Source: the human T2T-CHM13v2.0 reference genome, Homo sapiens. Taken from it: DNA of 64,000 nt. The notes beneath the pieces were generated by a model. It did not search any database, was not told where the DNA came from, and saw nothing but the letters and a program-made list of their open reading frames with translations. The stretch is taken from assembly GCF_009914755.1 (NCBI RefSeq), contig NC_060930.1. One strand, written 5' to 3'. This document shows, piece after piece, positions 14,963 through 31,700 of the stretch. Positions within the stretch are counted from its first letter, which is position 1; every line of letters begins with the position of its first letter. A program made the translations under genes and the position numbers.

Positions 14963-16002
14963 GGGGTCTTGCTGTGGTGTCCAGGCTGGCTTCTAACTCC
15001 TGGGCTCAAGTGATGCTTCTGCATAGCTGGGACTACAGGCATGTGCCACCTTGCTGGACTCCTCTCTATAGATATTAATACTAATTTTAAAAGAAGTTTA
15101 AATTTTTTTTTCCTGACAACCTAGTCTTTGTTACTTTCAAGTTGCCTTTTGCTGTTTATGTATTTTATTTCAACATTTGTGCGAGAGGCTATCCTCGGAT
15201 GTCTGATAATTCTTGACTGTCTGCTTATGATTAAGGGTATCACAATACACAGCCGAGGAGAAGCTCTCCCTACATGGGTGGCTTTCATTACTTCACTGAC
15301 ATGGGTAGCTATTTTGGCTTGGAACCTCCACTGTCTATCTTACGGTGTTTCTTCTTGGGCTGTTCAGATTCCCCATAGAAGGCACCTTCAGCCTCCTGTA
15401 TGAATGGGGAAGGCCTGGCTGCCTGTATTCTGGTTGTCATACTGGGAGAGGAGGCAGGTGGTGTTGATCCTCCTTGTTTTTGGTACAGTTCCCCTACCTT
15501 GACTTGGTTCCCTGGTCTAGAGATCCTCTGGTTTCTCTGTTCCAAAAACACAGTTCTAATCTTCTTCTGGGGTTGCAGCTGCCTAGTTTTGTAGGGTGGG
15601 TCAAGGAATTGAGGAATCTAACTATTTCTTTCAACCAATCCTTTTGATCCTGTCCCCACCACCCTCCACTTTCAGGGTACTTGGTGCCTTCAATTCCTGG
15701 GCTTTTGCCTGACATTTCAGTGGAAATTATATATGTATTTTTCTTAGCTGCCCTTGCTGCTAACTTAGGATTAGGCTTTTTCAGGCCTGCAAAGTCAATT
15801 TCCATTTGGCCATGTTCTTTCCTCCTTCAAAGGTGTTGTTGTCATTATCTCCCTCTCCTTGGAGTTCTATGCCTTAAAATAAGTCATTTTGGTGTAGTTT
15901 CGGTAGGGTTTGGGAAGAAGCAAAGAGAGTTCAATCTCCATCTTTACCTGGAAGTCACTGCAATTGAGTTTTTGATTATAAAGAGTTTGAACAGCCTCTT
16001 GT

Positions 16003-16536
<534 letters not shown>

Positions 16537-16565
16537 CTACGATCATCTGGCCAGTCTTAACACAG

Positions 16566-17273
<708 letters not shown>

Positions 17274-17412
17274 CACAGCTATTGCATTAACCCAATGTTT
17301 TGCAAACTTGAGTAATGTTCTAACCCTTCTTAAGGAAAAATGAAATCTATAGATTCCTGGGCTGAATTACATTATTTTAATTACAACGTTATTTAAATGT
17401 GTACAAACAGGC

Positions 17413-17746
<334 letters not shown>

Positions 17747-18769
17747 TTATACTTATAGCTCTTGTCCATTTATATAAGACAAAAAAACCAATACAACAAA
17801 AGCACATATTTAATTCAAATTAACTACATAAATTTAATGTGACAGATTATTTTAATGGAGCAGAATTGCTGCTCTAAATATGAATATGATGCTTATTGCT
17901 GTGTCATGGGTTCTTTCAAGCTCTTCATCCATCTGCTACAATGTGTTGCATGAGAGACAAATTTGTCCATCTCTCCCTGAATTTGAAACACAGAGAAACC
18001 ATTTTTCAGATAGCAAGGTTTGTTGCCATACAAGCATGACTTAGCAAGAATGCATCTTTTACCTACTGAGCCTGCATCTGTTCTTATTATATTAGTCTCT
18101 AACAAATATGACACAACTTCATGACGCCAAGGGGATCATAAATGTGAAAAAGAATTTTGCTCTTCTTTTAATTTAAACATATTTTCTGAGGAATGTTTTG
18201 TGCTGCCCACATGAGTTGACTGGTGACACCAGTCGGTCCTTAGCTCTCTGGGAAGCTTTCCTGGAGAAGGTGACCGTTTTATCAAAGCAGGAAAATAGTA
18301 TGTACTTATGTAGAATTACAGAAATGAAAAGCACCTTTTCCTGGATTTTCTTCACAAAGTAAGAGCAAATACTAGGCGAATAAAGCTGCCTATTGGAAGA
18401 AGGGTACATTTGATGTGGCAATACCATTTCATTCTCGGGCAGATGGCCACCAGTTTGAGGTCTGTGGTAATTTGAAGTATACTGAAAAGCAATGTGACCT
18501 AATTTTGTAAAACAAAATAGTTGACTTTGTTAAAATAATCAATATTTTAAAATTGTCTGCATGACTCCAATAGATTGTCCCAATATTTTCCTCTTTTACT
18601 GCAATGGACTGCTTGGGATTTCCCCTAGGCTCATATAGCTAGAAATGCCCAGTAATCACTGGGAGGCACTTATCAGTGCATTGGAGCCCCTTGCTAGTTC
18701 CCCAGAGAAGAAATCCACATAGTGTCTGGTCCTGCCCCTCCAGGCCCTCGATTTAAGATGGGAAACTCA

Positions 18770-19075
18770 TGTTTATTTGAGACAGGGTCTCAGCCTGTCA
18801 CCGAGGCCGGAGTGCAGTGGCATCATCACTGCTCACTGCAACCTCGAACTCCCAGGCTCAACCGATCCTCCCACCTCAGCCTCCTAAGTAGCTGGGTCTA
18901 CAGGCCTGTGCCACCACGCCGGGCTAATTTGTATTGTTTTATTTTTTATTTTTTGGTAGAGACAGAGTCTCAATATGTTGCCCAGGCTAGTCTCTAACTA
19001 CTGGGCTCAAGTGATCCCCCCTGCCTCGGCCTCCCAAAGTGCTGGGATTAGAGGCATGAGTCCCTGCACCTGGCC
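18770..19075 (-). mobile_element. AluJ
   Basis: Antisense diverged Alu. Confidence 0.88.
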
Positions 19076-19864
19076 ACGTGTTTGAAAGGCAGAGTAAGAA
19101 CGCAGAAGAATTTGGCATCCATCTAAAAACTATGAGAGTTTTCTAGAAGGAAATAATGGTTGATAAGGCAGGGCCAGCTGATTAATACCATAACTTGGTC
19201 AGGCGCAGGTGTAAGTCATGTTGGCCATCTCTCCTCAATACAGAGAGGCAGTGCCCAGAGGGAGGAGTCCCGGAAGCAGGGAGGGGGGTGGGGGAATGGG
19301 CCATAGAGACACCAGATCCCTTAGAAATCAGCTGACAGTTTAGAGTCAGCCTTCCAGAGGGGCATCAGAAACATTGAGCTGACCTCATCCAGCCTTCCTG
19401 TCGGATGAGTTGCACTGGAGCAGGAGGATGCACAATCCAGGCTAGAGGGGTGTATCTTCTTGCAAGTGAATTGCAAGGGTGTGTCCAGGAACCCGAACCT
19501 TGCCTCTGGGCAAGGAAGCTGCAGAGCTACACTGAGGGTTAGGGCTCTTGCCAAATAGGCTGCGATTTAGGGCACATTCCAGTTCCAATAGCCAACTGGA
19601 GTCTGGCAGGAGAACCAGTGCAAAACTAGACATAGAAGATGTCTGATCATGGCCTGGAAATCTAGATGGTAATCCCCCATCCCCTGCATACCAGGCTAAG
19701 ACTGCAAATGTGTTTGGGTTTAGCATGTGTTAGGGAGCTAGGGAGACCACCCAGGACTCCAACAAAAGGAAATGCTCCTCCTGCCGCTTGCCACCATTCA
19801 TACATATTCCATGTCTTCCTTTGCCTGAAGCCTTCTCATAGGCCTGCTCTTTTCCTGATTAATT

Positions 19865-20360
19865 TTTATATTGAACTGGGCTCATTCAGTTGCAAGTGAC
19901 AGAATTCCAATACACATTAACATTCAGGATAAAGGGAGTGATAGGGCACTGCCGATGGGCATGGAAGCCAGCGACTCTTGCATTCTCAGCTTTCTCTGTA
20001 TATTTTCAGCTCCCGGTGCAATGGTTTAATTTTCTCCTTCTATAGAAGTGGAACTCCAGCCAGTAGTAGGAGCAGGAGAGGGGAATGGAGGGAGTTTGTC
20101 TCAATTTTATGTCACTCCAGTTTACTAATTCCAAAGGAAAAAAGAAAAAGGTAACTTTCCCTTTCAGTGTTACCATGAAAACGCCTAGCAAGGACTATTA
20201 TGGGCTTAACTTGGATCTCTGGTCCCTGCTTAGACTAATTACTGTGGTTGGGGAAGGGGCCCTATGATTGGCTATTCCTAGGTCATGAGCCCACCCCCAG
20301 GCTCAGTGATTGACAGTCCCACAAAATGATTGACAGCCACACAAAATCTAATTGGAGCAG
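19865..20360 (-). mobile_element. Old ERVL/MaLR LTR remnant (LTR33/MLT1K-like)
   Basis: gttgcaagtgacagaa and tatgattggctattcctaggtcatgagcccacccc motifs. Confidence 0.45.
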
Positions 20361-21184
20361 AAAAGGAAATCTCCAAAGGAAGGAGTAATATTCCTTCAAT
20401 AAGAGTGGAAAGATGTTGGGCACAGCAAGACAACAGGTGCCTTTTAGGATTCCTACTCAACCACTAAGGCTCAACTCAGGTGTCACTTCTTGGTACTGCC
20501 CATTCCTGTCCTTTCTATTGGGTTATGTGTCCCTCTCCTGGCTCATGTTACATTTTGGCTGTACTGGTGTACCCTATTAATTTATAATTGTCTATCTATG
20601 TGTTGGTCTTTCTCACGAGACAGTGAGCTCTTTGAAGGTAACCACTGTGGCCTATCCCATTTGCATATCCTGCTTTGCAGCAGATAATGGAAGTTCCAGG
20701 AATGTTTTCAATAAAGAATGAATGAAGACAATCACAAAATGGCAGCCAATCCTCTTGAGTTAAGAGAAAGGGGAAAGGAACATAATAAAAGTAAAAAGTA
20801 CCAGATTTGGTGGTAAATGCTTTATGTTAACTAACTCATTTGATTCTCACAACACTTGCAGAAGGTATTACTCTTTCTACTTTACAGGTAGGAAGCTAAA
20901 GGTTAAGTTCCACAAGCTTACATGGCTAATAGCCTTCAATATCATAATGAGTACTTAGGTAACTAAAATCTAGACCAGTTCTCTTTCGGCTACGCTCGCT
21001 TTCTTCCCCCACCTTCTCCCCTCTTCTTCTGGTTAACAATGAACTCATGTAACATAGGGATCTTCTCTTTTCACTTCTCAGTAATTTGGACACTTTCCCC
21101 CAATAGATTGTTTTATTTTACCTAAAGGTATTCCCTGATCAGCTTTGTATCTTTCATTTGCTTCTTTGTAAAATCAGAGGGTTG

Positions 21185-21553
<369 letters not shown>

Positions 21554-22119
21554 TTATACAAATTAAATTAAGCCAAGAAAAATTTATAAGTAGGATAAAC
21601 TCAGCGTAGACTGTGTTTTGTTCAGTTTTCCCCGAAGGTGGTGCTCTGGGTTTCCCATCCTCCACCCTCTCTGCGTCTCTTCCTTCTCTTTTTGGCGCTT
21701 CCTTTATTCTCCCATTTTGATCAATCAGTTGCTCTTCTCTGCCCAACAACTTAGTGCTTTTATTTTGCCCTTAGCTTCTTTGGATTCCACATTTCAGCTC
21801 CTGTATTCTCAATATTCCTGTCCTCCTTGTCCTCTCATCATTAAACTTTCTCTTCAGAGCCTCATTTCCTCAGAACTGGGCCATGCTTCCTACCACCTGT
21901 GCAGGTTAAATTGCCAGGAATAGTCCTAGGGTTTTACCAATTGTAGGTAACCTCCAGGGTGGTCCGAATCGAATGAAACACTTGAATTCAAAGAGATAAA
22001 GCTAATCACGGGTATTTCATAATTATGATTGATTCAGTATGGATTTTTTTTTGGTAGGGCAATTTCTTGACCCCTCCAATCATCCAAAGTGGCCTATTTA
22101 AGGCCAGCACCCCAGGGCA

Positions 22120-22295
22120 CAGGGGCTCAAAGTGTGGCTCCTCAGCTATTCTGATCTAAAGCTAAGGCATGTTAAACCTGCAGCTTCCTGGGCCCCACCA
22201 GGCCTAGTCAATCAGAATTTCTGGGGAATGGCAATCAATCTGAATTTAAAATATATTCTCTGGGTAATTCTTGAGTGCATTAAGTTGTAAGGAAC
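22120..22295. mobile_element. MER5A-like hAT MITE
   Basis: ctcaaagtgtgg...cctgggccccacc...aatcagaatttctgggg. Confidence 0.65.
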
Positions 22296-23254
22296 TCAGC
22301 CTTTGTACTATTTATTTTCTAAAAGTTTCATGTGCTATTATTTTTTGTTTCTTCAATTCTATTACAAAAATTTATATGATAAAATTTTATCAACTCGCAC
22401 ACATACTAGACGTTTGACTGAAGAATTTACCAACAATACTCAGCAAAAATCCAGTATCTATTACACACAAGCTCCAGATTTATACTTTTTTTACCTGAAA
22501 AATATAAGAAAGGCTAAATTCCCTAAACTTTCCTCCTCTCTTAAATGCTTGTATGTGGGGCTTTAATTATAGTCAATACCAAAGGTAAAGCTAAAGGAGT
22601 GTCTTGTTTTTTTATACATTGTGTATTTTCCCCTGTTTCTACTGTTTAAAGAAAAACTGCATTTATATAGTCTTGCACAAAGTTTAGTAGCAAATGTTTT
22701 CCTTTTGGTTCTTATATTAGGATGCAGTTCCCTGTATGGGAATAATATTTATGTGAATCATGTCTATATACACTATACACACATATACATATATCTTTAT
22801 ATATGAATCTATATATACACTACTCATATCATAATTTTCTCCTTTGTCAAAGGCTTTCTATCCTGCAGTGACACTAACTCCATTTTCCTTAATTTTCACA
22901 GTTCTGTGGTGACAGCAGGGCAATTCTGACTTTGGGTTACCAGTAGACCCAGGGCCACATTCCTATTATTCTCTCCAGATGTTCTACAGCGATCTGATCT
23001 TTGGGATGAGCAGACAAAACCCCACTGAGCATCCTTGTTGCAGGCCCATTACCTTAGAGGCCTGTCTCCACCGTGCCTCACCTAGATTCTCTGGATATAA
23101 AGGAAGATCACACTGTGCTTTATGGAAATATAGCCCTCTGTGGTCAAGATCGCCCACCAAATGTGGTTTCCCTACCAAATAAAGAAAGTGTTGGGGGACA
23201 GGACCAGCACAGGACCAGCTTGAGATCTCTTGATCGTTCCATCAACAAGAATTC

Positions 23255-23604
23255 CGCCCTCCCTCCCTCCCTTCCTCTTCCTTCCCTCCCTCCCTCCTTT
23301 ATTTCTCTCTTTCTCTCTTTCTTTCTTTCTGACAGTCTTGCTCTGTCACCCAGGCTGGAGTGTAGTAGCGCCATCTTGGCTCACTGCAACGTCTGCCCCG
23401 GGGTTTAAGCGATTCTCATGCCTCAGCCTCCTGAGTAGCTGGGATTATAGGCATGTGCCACCACGCCCAGCTAATTTTTGTATTTTTAGTAGAGACAGAG
23501 TTTCTCCATGTTGGCCAGGCTGATCTCGAACTCCTGACCTCAGATGATCCACCTGTCTCGACCTCCCAAAGTGCTGGGATCACAGGTGTGAGCCACTGCA
23601 CCCA
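23255..23604 (-). mobile_element. AluS with (CCCT)n/(CTTT)n tail
   Basis: Pyrimidine microsatellite followed by antisense Alu. Confidence 0.9.
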
Positions 23605-24085
23605 GTCAACAAGAATTTCTTTAGCCTCTTTTGCTCATTACCTACAAAGAGCATCAGTCTCTGCCTGGAGAGAAGGGCTAGAAACAGATAGGGCACAGGT
23701 CCCCAGGTAACTGGCTGTAAGCCACTATGGCTGATATGCGGGGCAGGTCACTCCTGCACAGAAGGTGGCTTGTTGGCCTCCTGTTCCATCTCTTACAGGC
23801 GTTGAGGAAGCTCGACTAAACATCTCCTCACAGCTTACAATCCCAGAAATCATAGGACCCTAAACGTGCGTTTTTCAAAATTTTTGAGCTAAAATGATGT
23901 ATTACTTTGTAAATTGTGAAAAGTGTCACAAATATTAATTTAAGTGACAACATCATCAAACACTCCAATGTGGCCTTATTATCTATTTTGAAGGAGAAAA
24001 TCTGAGTTTCATCAACTCAACCAGGATACAGTGAGTGATAAGCAACTTTTGGTGTCTGCAAAATGATCAGTTAAAAAAAACCTGG

Positions 24086-24340
24086 GGGCTGGGCACGGTG
24101 GCTCATGCCTGTAATCCCAGCACTTTGGGAGGCCCCGTCTCTACTAAAAATACAAAAAATTAGCAGGGCGTGGTGGTGGGCGCCTGTAGTCCCAGCTACT
24201 AGGGAGGCTGAGGCAGGAGAATGGCGTGAACCCAGGAGGCGGAGCTTGCAGTGAGCGAGATCGCGCCACTGCACTGCAGCCTGGGCAACTGAGAGAGACA
24301 CTGTCAAAAAAAAAAAAAAAAGAAAGAAAGAAAGAAAGAA
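24086..24340 (+). mobile_element. AluY-like with an internal left-arm deletion, followed by an L2 3' end (~24345-24585)
   Basis: gggaggcc joined directly to ccgtctctactaaaa; (GAAA)n tail; downstream tgaatgaatgaa L2 tail. Confidence 0.88.
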
Positions 24341-25101
24341 AAAATCCTGGAGTCCCTCTATGTGACCATACTCAGCTAGCACTTGATCTGTTCTTTTCTT
24401 ATGGCATTTATCTCCCGGATCTTGTATATACTTACTTGTTTACATGTCTTATCTCACCTACTACATTCCAAGTTCTTTAAGGGTAAGATCACTATCAGAT
24501 TTATCTTTGCTTTACCCACAGAACCAGCAAACCTGACAGCCCTAAACTGATGCTTGTTAAATGAATGAATGAAGTGAATGAATAAAATCATACCCATTTC
24601 AAGTTAATCCTTTGGATTTTATTTGGCTTATACGTAGAAAATCATCAAAAGGAAGGAAACTGTCCTAGAAACCTTACAAGGAAGAGTCTCTTTTGGGAAT
24701 CTCCTACCTGCCCCCTCCCTGGAGCACTTAGGGATGGATGGGGGAAACTTTCACTATAACAAAAGGCGAGTAAACTCTTTCTGAAAATTAGTTTAAGGCC
24801 CCTAGTGGTTTAATCTTTACTGCCGCGTAAATTAACTCAAATATTAAGCCAGCAATAAACCGGCGCTCCAGTATCAACCATCCTTTTCTCTGTTAATACG
24901 AACTAGGAACTCAGGTTGCTGTTTTCTTTCCCCTCCCACGTGTGCTGATCGTGTAAAAGAATCACAGGAACACACGAGCAATGAAATGTGTAAATAAGAA
25001 AAATGCACACACATCACGAGCTCATTTCTTCCCAGATATTTTTTGGTCAACCTCTCAAGCTTGGAACAGGCTCTATAACAGATGTGCGTTTGTGTGTGCA
25101 T

Positions 25102-25126
25102 ATTGGAAAACAGAAAAATAAGGTCA
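25102..25126 (+). promoter_or_regulatory. NFAT site plus nuclear-receptor (PPRE-type) half-site
   Basis: atTGGAAAa at 25104-25109 and AGGTCA at 25121-25126; calcineurin/NFAT and PPAR-delta are known promoter-A inputs. Confidence 0.65.
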
Positions 25127-25353
25127 GCGCAAACACTACTTGTAATACAAACTAATGTAAGAGAAAACTTCTTTTTCAATATTAACAACGACACTAGAGA
25201 AATAATGTAAAATAAATATACGGTTGGAACTAGGGGTAAAAAAAAAATCAGCAACGTCAGCAAACTGAGATGGGGTGAGTTGGAAGGCAGATTGGAATTT
25301 ATCTCTTAAAAAAATATCACCCTAACTAGAGACCTGTTTTGCCTAAGGGGACG

Positions 25354-25360
25354 TGACTCA
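25354..25360. promoter_or_regulatory. AP-1 motif
   Basis: TGACTCA at the 5' edge of the island; motif match only. Confidence 0.4.
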
Positions 25361-25497
25361 CATTTTCGGATAATCTGAATAAGGGGAATTGTGTCTGCTC
25401 GAGGCATCCATTCTGGTTCGGTCTCCGGACTCCCGGCTCCCGGCACGCACGGTTCACTCTGGAGCGCGCGCCCCAGGCCAGCCAAGCGCCGAGCCGG

Positions 25498-25515
25498 GCT
25501 GCTGCGGGCTGGGAG
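25498..25515 (+). promoter_or_regulatory. Target of artificial zinc-finger activators Jazz (9 bp) / UtroUp (18 bp)
   Basis: GCTGCTGCG followed by GGCTGGGAG. Confidence 0.75.
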
Positions 25516-25553
25516 GGCGCGCAGGGCCGGCGCTGATTGACGGGGCGCGCAGT

Positions 25554-25559
25554 CAGGTG
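25554..25559. promoter_or_regulatory. E-box (myogenic bHLH)
   Basis: CAGGTG ~90 bp upstream of the N-box, matching the known promoter-A E-box arrangement. Confidence 0.75.
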
Positions 25560-25646
25560 ACTTGGGGCGCCAAGTTCCCGACGCGGTGGCCGCGGTGACC
25601 GCCGAGGCCCGGCAGACGCTGACCCGGGAACGTAGTGGGGCTGATC

Positions 25647-25654
25647 TTCCGGAA
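25647..25654. promoter_or_regulatory. N-box / ETS (GABP) site
   Basis: cTTCCGGAAc, palindromic TTCCGGAA; the N-box is the established synaptic/heregulin-responsive element of utrophin promoter A. Confidence 0.9.
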
Positions 25655-25949
25655 CAAAGTTGCTGGGCCGGCGGCGGCGGGGCGAGAGCGCCGAGGGGGA
25701 GCCGGAGCGCTGCAGAGGCGCGGGCCGGAGGGCTGGCGCTGATCTGCACCCTTCTCATCTGGAGAGCGGACCCCTGGCTGCCCGGAGGCGAGCCCCTTCC
25801 CGGGGGGTGGGGGCGGCAACGCGCGACCCAGCGGTCCTGCGCCCCACCCTCCCTCCTCCGCCTCCAGCGCTCGGCTCCAACAAAGGGGCAGGCCCGCAGC
25901 GGGGAGGAGGAGGAGGAGCCGCCGAAGGAGCGAGCCTCTCTCGCGCACA

Positions 25950-26449
25950 AAGTTGTGGAGTCGTTTTTCCTCGGAGCAGGGAAGCGGGCAGCAGCAGCCG
26001 GCCGCGGGCTTTCTCCCGCCGAGGGGCGAGGAGGAGCCTCTGGCTCCAGAAGCCGATTGGGGAATCACGGGGAGCGGCGCCCCCCTTCTTTTGGGTCATT
26101 TCTGCAAACGGAAAACTCTGTAGCGTTTGGCAAAGTTGGTGCCTGCGCGCCCCTTCCAGGTTTGCGCTTTGACTGTTTTGTTTTTGGCGGAACTACCAGG
26201 CAGGAAGATTGCACAAGTAAGGGGCGTTTTCAGTCGGGTGTCAATTTCTCTTTCTTTCTTTCTTTTTTTAAAATTTCGGTTCGTGTCTGCTTCTCCAAGC
26301 TTTATTTTTTTTTTTAAATACATCGCACCACCAAACTAACACTCGCACACACCCCCGCGGTTACTCCGTGTCAAACTCCTAGAGGAGCCCTTGGCCAGCT
26401 CGGGGTGCGGCGGTGGCGACCGGCAGGCGAGGAGGCCCGCGGGCAGCAG
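25950..26449 (+). other. UTRN: UTRN non-coding exon 1A (5' end approximate; TATA-less, multiple starts)
   Basis: Inside the CpG island downstream of the N-box and Sp sites; no ATG; strong donor CAG|GTAAGC at 26450. Confidence 0.8.
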
Positions 26450-29370
26450 GTAAGCCCATGCATTATTGAAGCCTCGGGCTGGTAATGTGACTACAGCCCC
26501 CGAGGGAATGGGGCGGGGGCCGGGAGGAGGATGGCTCTTTCTGTGGTTCTTCCGCCTGGGATCGGCGTCCCGAGCTGCTTCCCAAGTCCCAGAGTCGAAG
26601 ATGGGAGTAACTTTTGCGTGCCCTTTCCTCGGGGCCTCAGTTTAGCTCCCCGCGGTGCGAGAGAGAATGCCGGAGGCGTGGAGAGCTCGGGCGTGGAGGT
26701 CCTTGGGATCCGTACTAGTTGTGAACGATCCAAACTTATCTGACCAGCTCTGTGCTGCCTCCCTGCTCCCCTAATCTTCCTCCCCGCCGGGGTGACAGAG
26801 TCGCCCTCCGTGCATCGCGCGGTGCAGGGCGCTGGGCCAGTGATTTGCAAGAGGGGACGTGGCCTCTTAGGAGAGTCTGTCACAGACACCCGGGCCCGGG
26901 GAAGGCGGGGCTCCGGCGGTGTCCACAGGAGAGGGTGGGCAGAGGGTGGCTGTGTGGTCGGCGGCCAGCGGAGCGCTTCCCAGCCAGCCGCCCGGCGGGG
27001 AACGTGCTTGACCTCTGGGTGGTTGCTGCTCCCAAGGGTGGGGCTCCGGAGAGTGTGGCGCGATCGCCAAGCTCCCTGGCAGCGGCCCTGGAGAGACTGA
27101 GGGGACAGGAGGAGGGGGGCGCCCCATTGGTGTGTAGTCCCGCGCAGTCGCCGGCTCTCCTTTTCCGGACTCTGGGGATCTCTTGCTGCAACTGACAAGG
27201 TAATTCATGCCCCGCTTTGGCCCGGGGTCCGAGGCTGTGGTTGCTCAAGGCCACTTAAAAACCAACAAAGCACCAATTGAAGGCTGTGCAACTTTCAGAT
27301 GGCAGGTTGTTCAAAGGATTTTTTCCTCCAAGCCTCAGATTATGAAAGGGACTCATTCCAGTGCGTTTTTCGAGGAGGAGGGAGAAAACGTTGCCCGACC
27401 TCCGAGAGAGCTGTGGGACCAGCACTTTATTTTACAAGGAACTGCAGAGCTCGGGTTCTAACTCCACGGCCCCGCTCTCTGAGGTGTTCAGGACAGGGCC
27501 TCCTCTTTCCCAGCCTTCAGGTCAGCCGGATCACCAGGGCCTTGCGGGCCAGTTCCCCCTGCCGCGGTTGGGAGGGTCAGTGCAGCGGTCGCCGCGGCCA
27601 GAGCGCGCGGAGCTCGGGGGAGGCCGGATTCCCTAGGTCTGAGCCGACCCTCCCGGCCGCCCGGCCGGGCGGCAGCGACCGCATCCATTCCTTTGTAAGT
27701 TGCACCGGCCTCAGGAAGTCGATCTGGGCCCTCCCGGTTCGTTGGCGGTGGGCGTGGGAGACGCAGCCTGCGGATAGCTCAGGGTCAGGGGAGAGGTGGA
27801 GGAATGCGAAGCTTGTGGGTAGTTCTGCGGTGACGGACAGGGTTGGCGTGGAACCATTCCCCGCCCCTTTTACCAGCCTTTATGGGACCGATGAGACAAC
27901 TCTTTAACTCTCCTTTGGGTGTTTACCTAAAATTTATTGGCTCTGTAAACAGTATTAATCACAGTAGTATTAACCTTCCCTGGAGCGCTTCCGAGTGTAA
28001 ATGGCAGTTCTTGGCACTCACCGTTTTCTTTTACTGTGTTTCAAGCAGAGCAGCAAACTCTTGTCCGCTTGGCTTCCTTTTCTACTATCTCAATCGTTCC
28101 TAGGTTTTGGTTCCTATAGTAAATTAATGAATAGTGTTTGCATTACACAGCATTTCCATCATAATGCACACTGTTGGATATATATGTGCTATATACATAA
28201 AATATAGTACAAAATAAAAATTATATACATATATTCATTGTATAATTCCTAAAATCTTAAAAAATTGAAACATTAGTTTTGTCTTTAAGGCTGTCACCTT
28301 ATGTTTATTTTTTAAACACCTTATGTTTATTTCATACACTCTTGCTTGGTGGTCCATATGACAGCCGGAAGCGTTCTGAAGGGAGAGTTAGTGAATATCG
28401 ACTTGACTGGATTGGTTTCAGTAAGAACATCTGGCTTTTACAGAATATCATTTGAGGGAAGGGAAATCTAGGGCAGAGGTAACAATAAATTGCATTTGTA
28501 TAGGGCTTGAAGCTTCTAAAGCAACATCTCATTCATTGATTCTCAGTTTCTCACCTAGCCTTCTGTGAAGATGGTGTTCCCTCCATTTTATAGGTGTGGA
28601 AGACGGAGGGTCACACTGGGATGCATTGTTCGTGGTGAAACTTTGATTCTGTCTCCTGAGAACCAAAGATTCTGCATTTGGCAATTAGAAGGAGTCATCC
28701 TTTGCCTTAAGTGTACTCAAATTCCTCTGGCCATTAATGGCAAGTAACCTCAGTGGCTATCACTATTTAAATAGCCTTCTGTTATTCTTCTTTCTCCCCA
28801 TTTTCCTCTGTACTCTGATCACCTTTTCTGCTGTATCTTTGCAACCTGTAAGGGATTTTCATTATCAAGAAGAGAAAAATTTGAAAAATCACCTTGAGGA
28901 GAGTGGCAAGTGAAACATTATAGTGAAGAAGTGTTACTGATAATGGGCAAATGGAATAAAGTAGTGTGTAAACAGTTGACTTTTCTCTTTTATGGGTGAA
29001 TAAAGGCTTTGGGTAGCATAGAAGTGGAGATCTTGGCTAAGACCAATAGTGAAGAAAAGCATTAGACTTACTGCTCCAAAGTGATACACTGTAGTTCTTT
29101 CCAGGAAAGAGAATTTTTCCCTGGGCAAACTTAATTTTCCATGATAAACTTTTATAGACATTCTTCTGAACAAAGTTTTTGATTCTTGAATATAATAAAA
29201 TACACTTAAGAATTTAGCAAATCCTTTATAGTTATGTACTTGAATGAAAGAATGTAATCATATAATAATCCATAAATTTTTAGCAGTAGTAGAGCCTATA
29301 AAAAATGAAAAAAGTTTTTTAGACTCTCATAAAATCTGTCAGATTGATGATCCAATCCTTTATATCCAAC

Positions 29371-31700
<2,330 letters not shown>

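Larger units (their letters stand above)
25400..27800. promoter_or_regulatory. UTRN: CpG island / utrophin promoter A and 5' intron 1
   Basis: Very GC- and CpG-rich compared with CpG-depleted flanks; GC boxes (25668-25684), GGA run (25903-25918). HindIII sites at 25057 and 26297 bound a ~1.25-kb fragment like the classical promoter-A reporter fragment. Confidence 0.93.

Noticed and set aside
25306-27907. Long ORFs (214, 251, 235, 202 aa, etc.) on both strands of the CpG island
   Set aside because: Mostly non-ATG starts, low-complexity Ala/Gly/Pro/Arg content, overlapping in all frames; the expected result of stop-codon scarcity in GC-rich DNA.
28763-28774. Palindrome ctatttaaatag as a MEF2 site (and ctaaatag at 33901)
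   Set aside because: Spacing does not fit YTA(W)4TAR.
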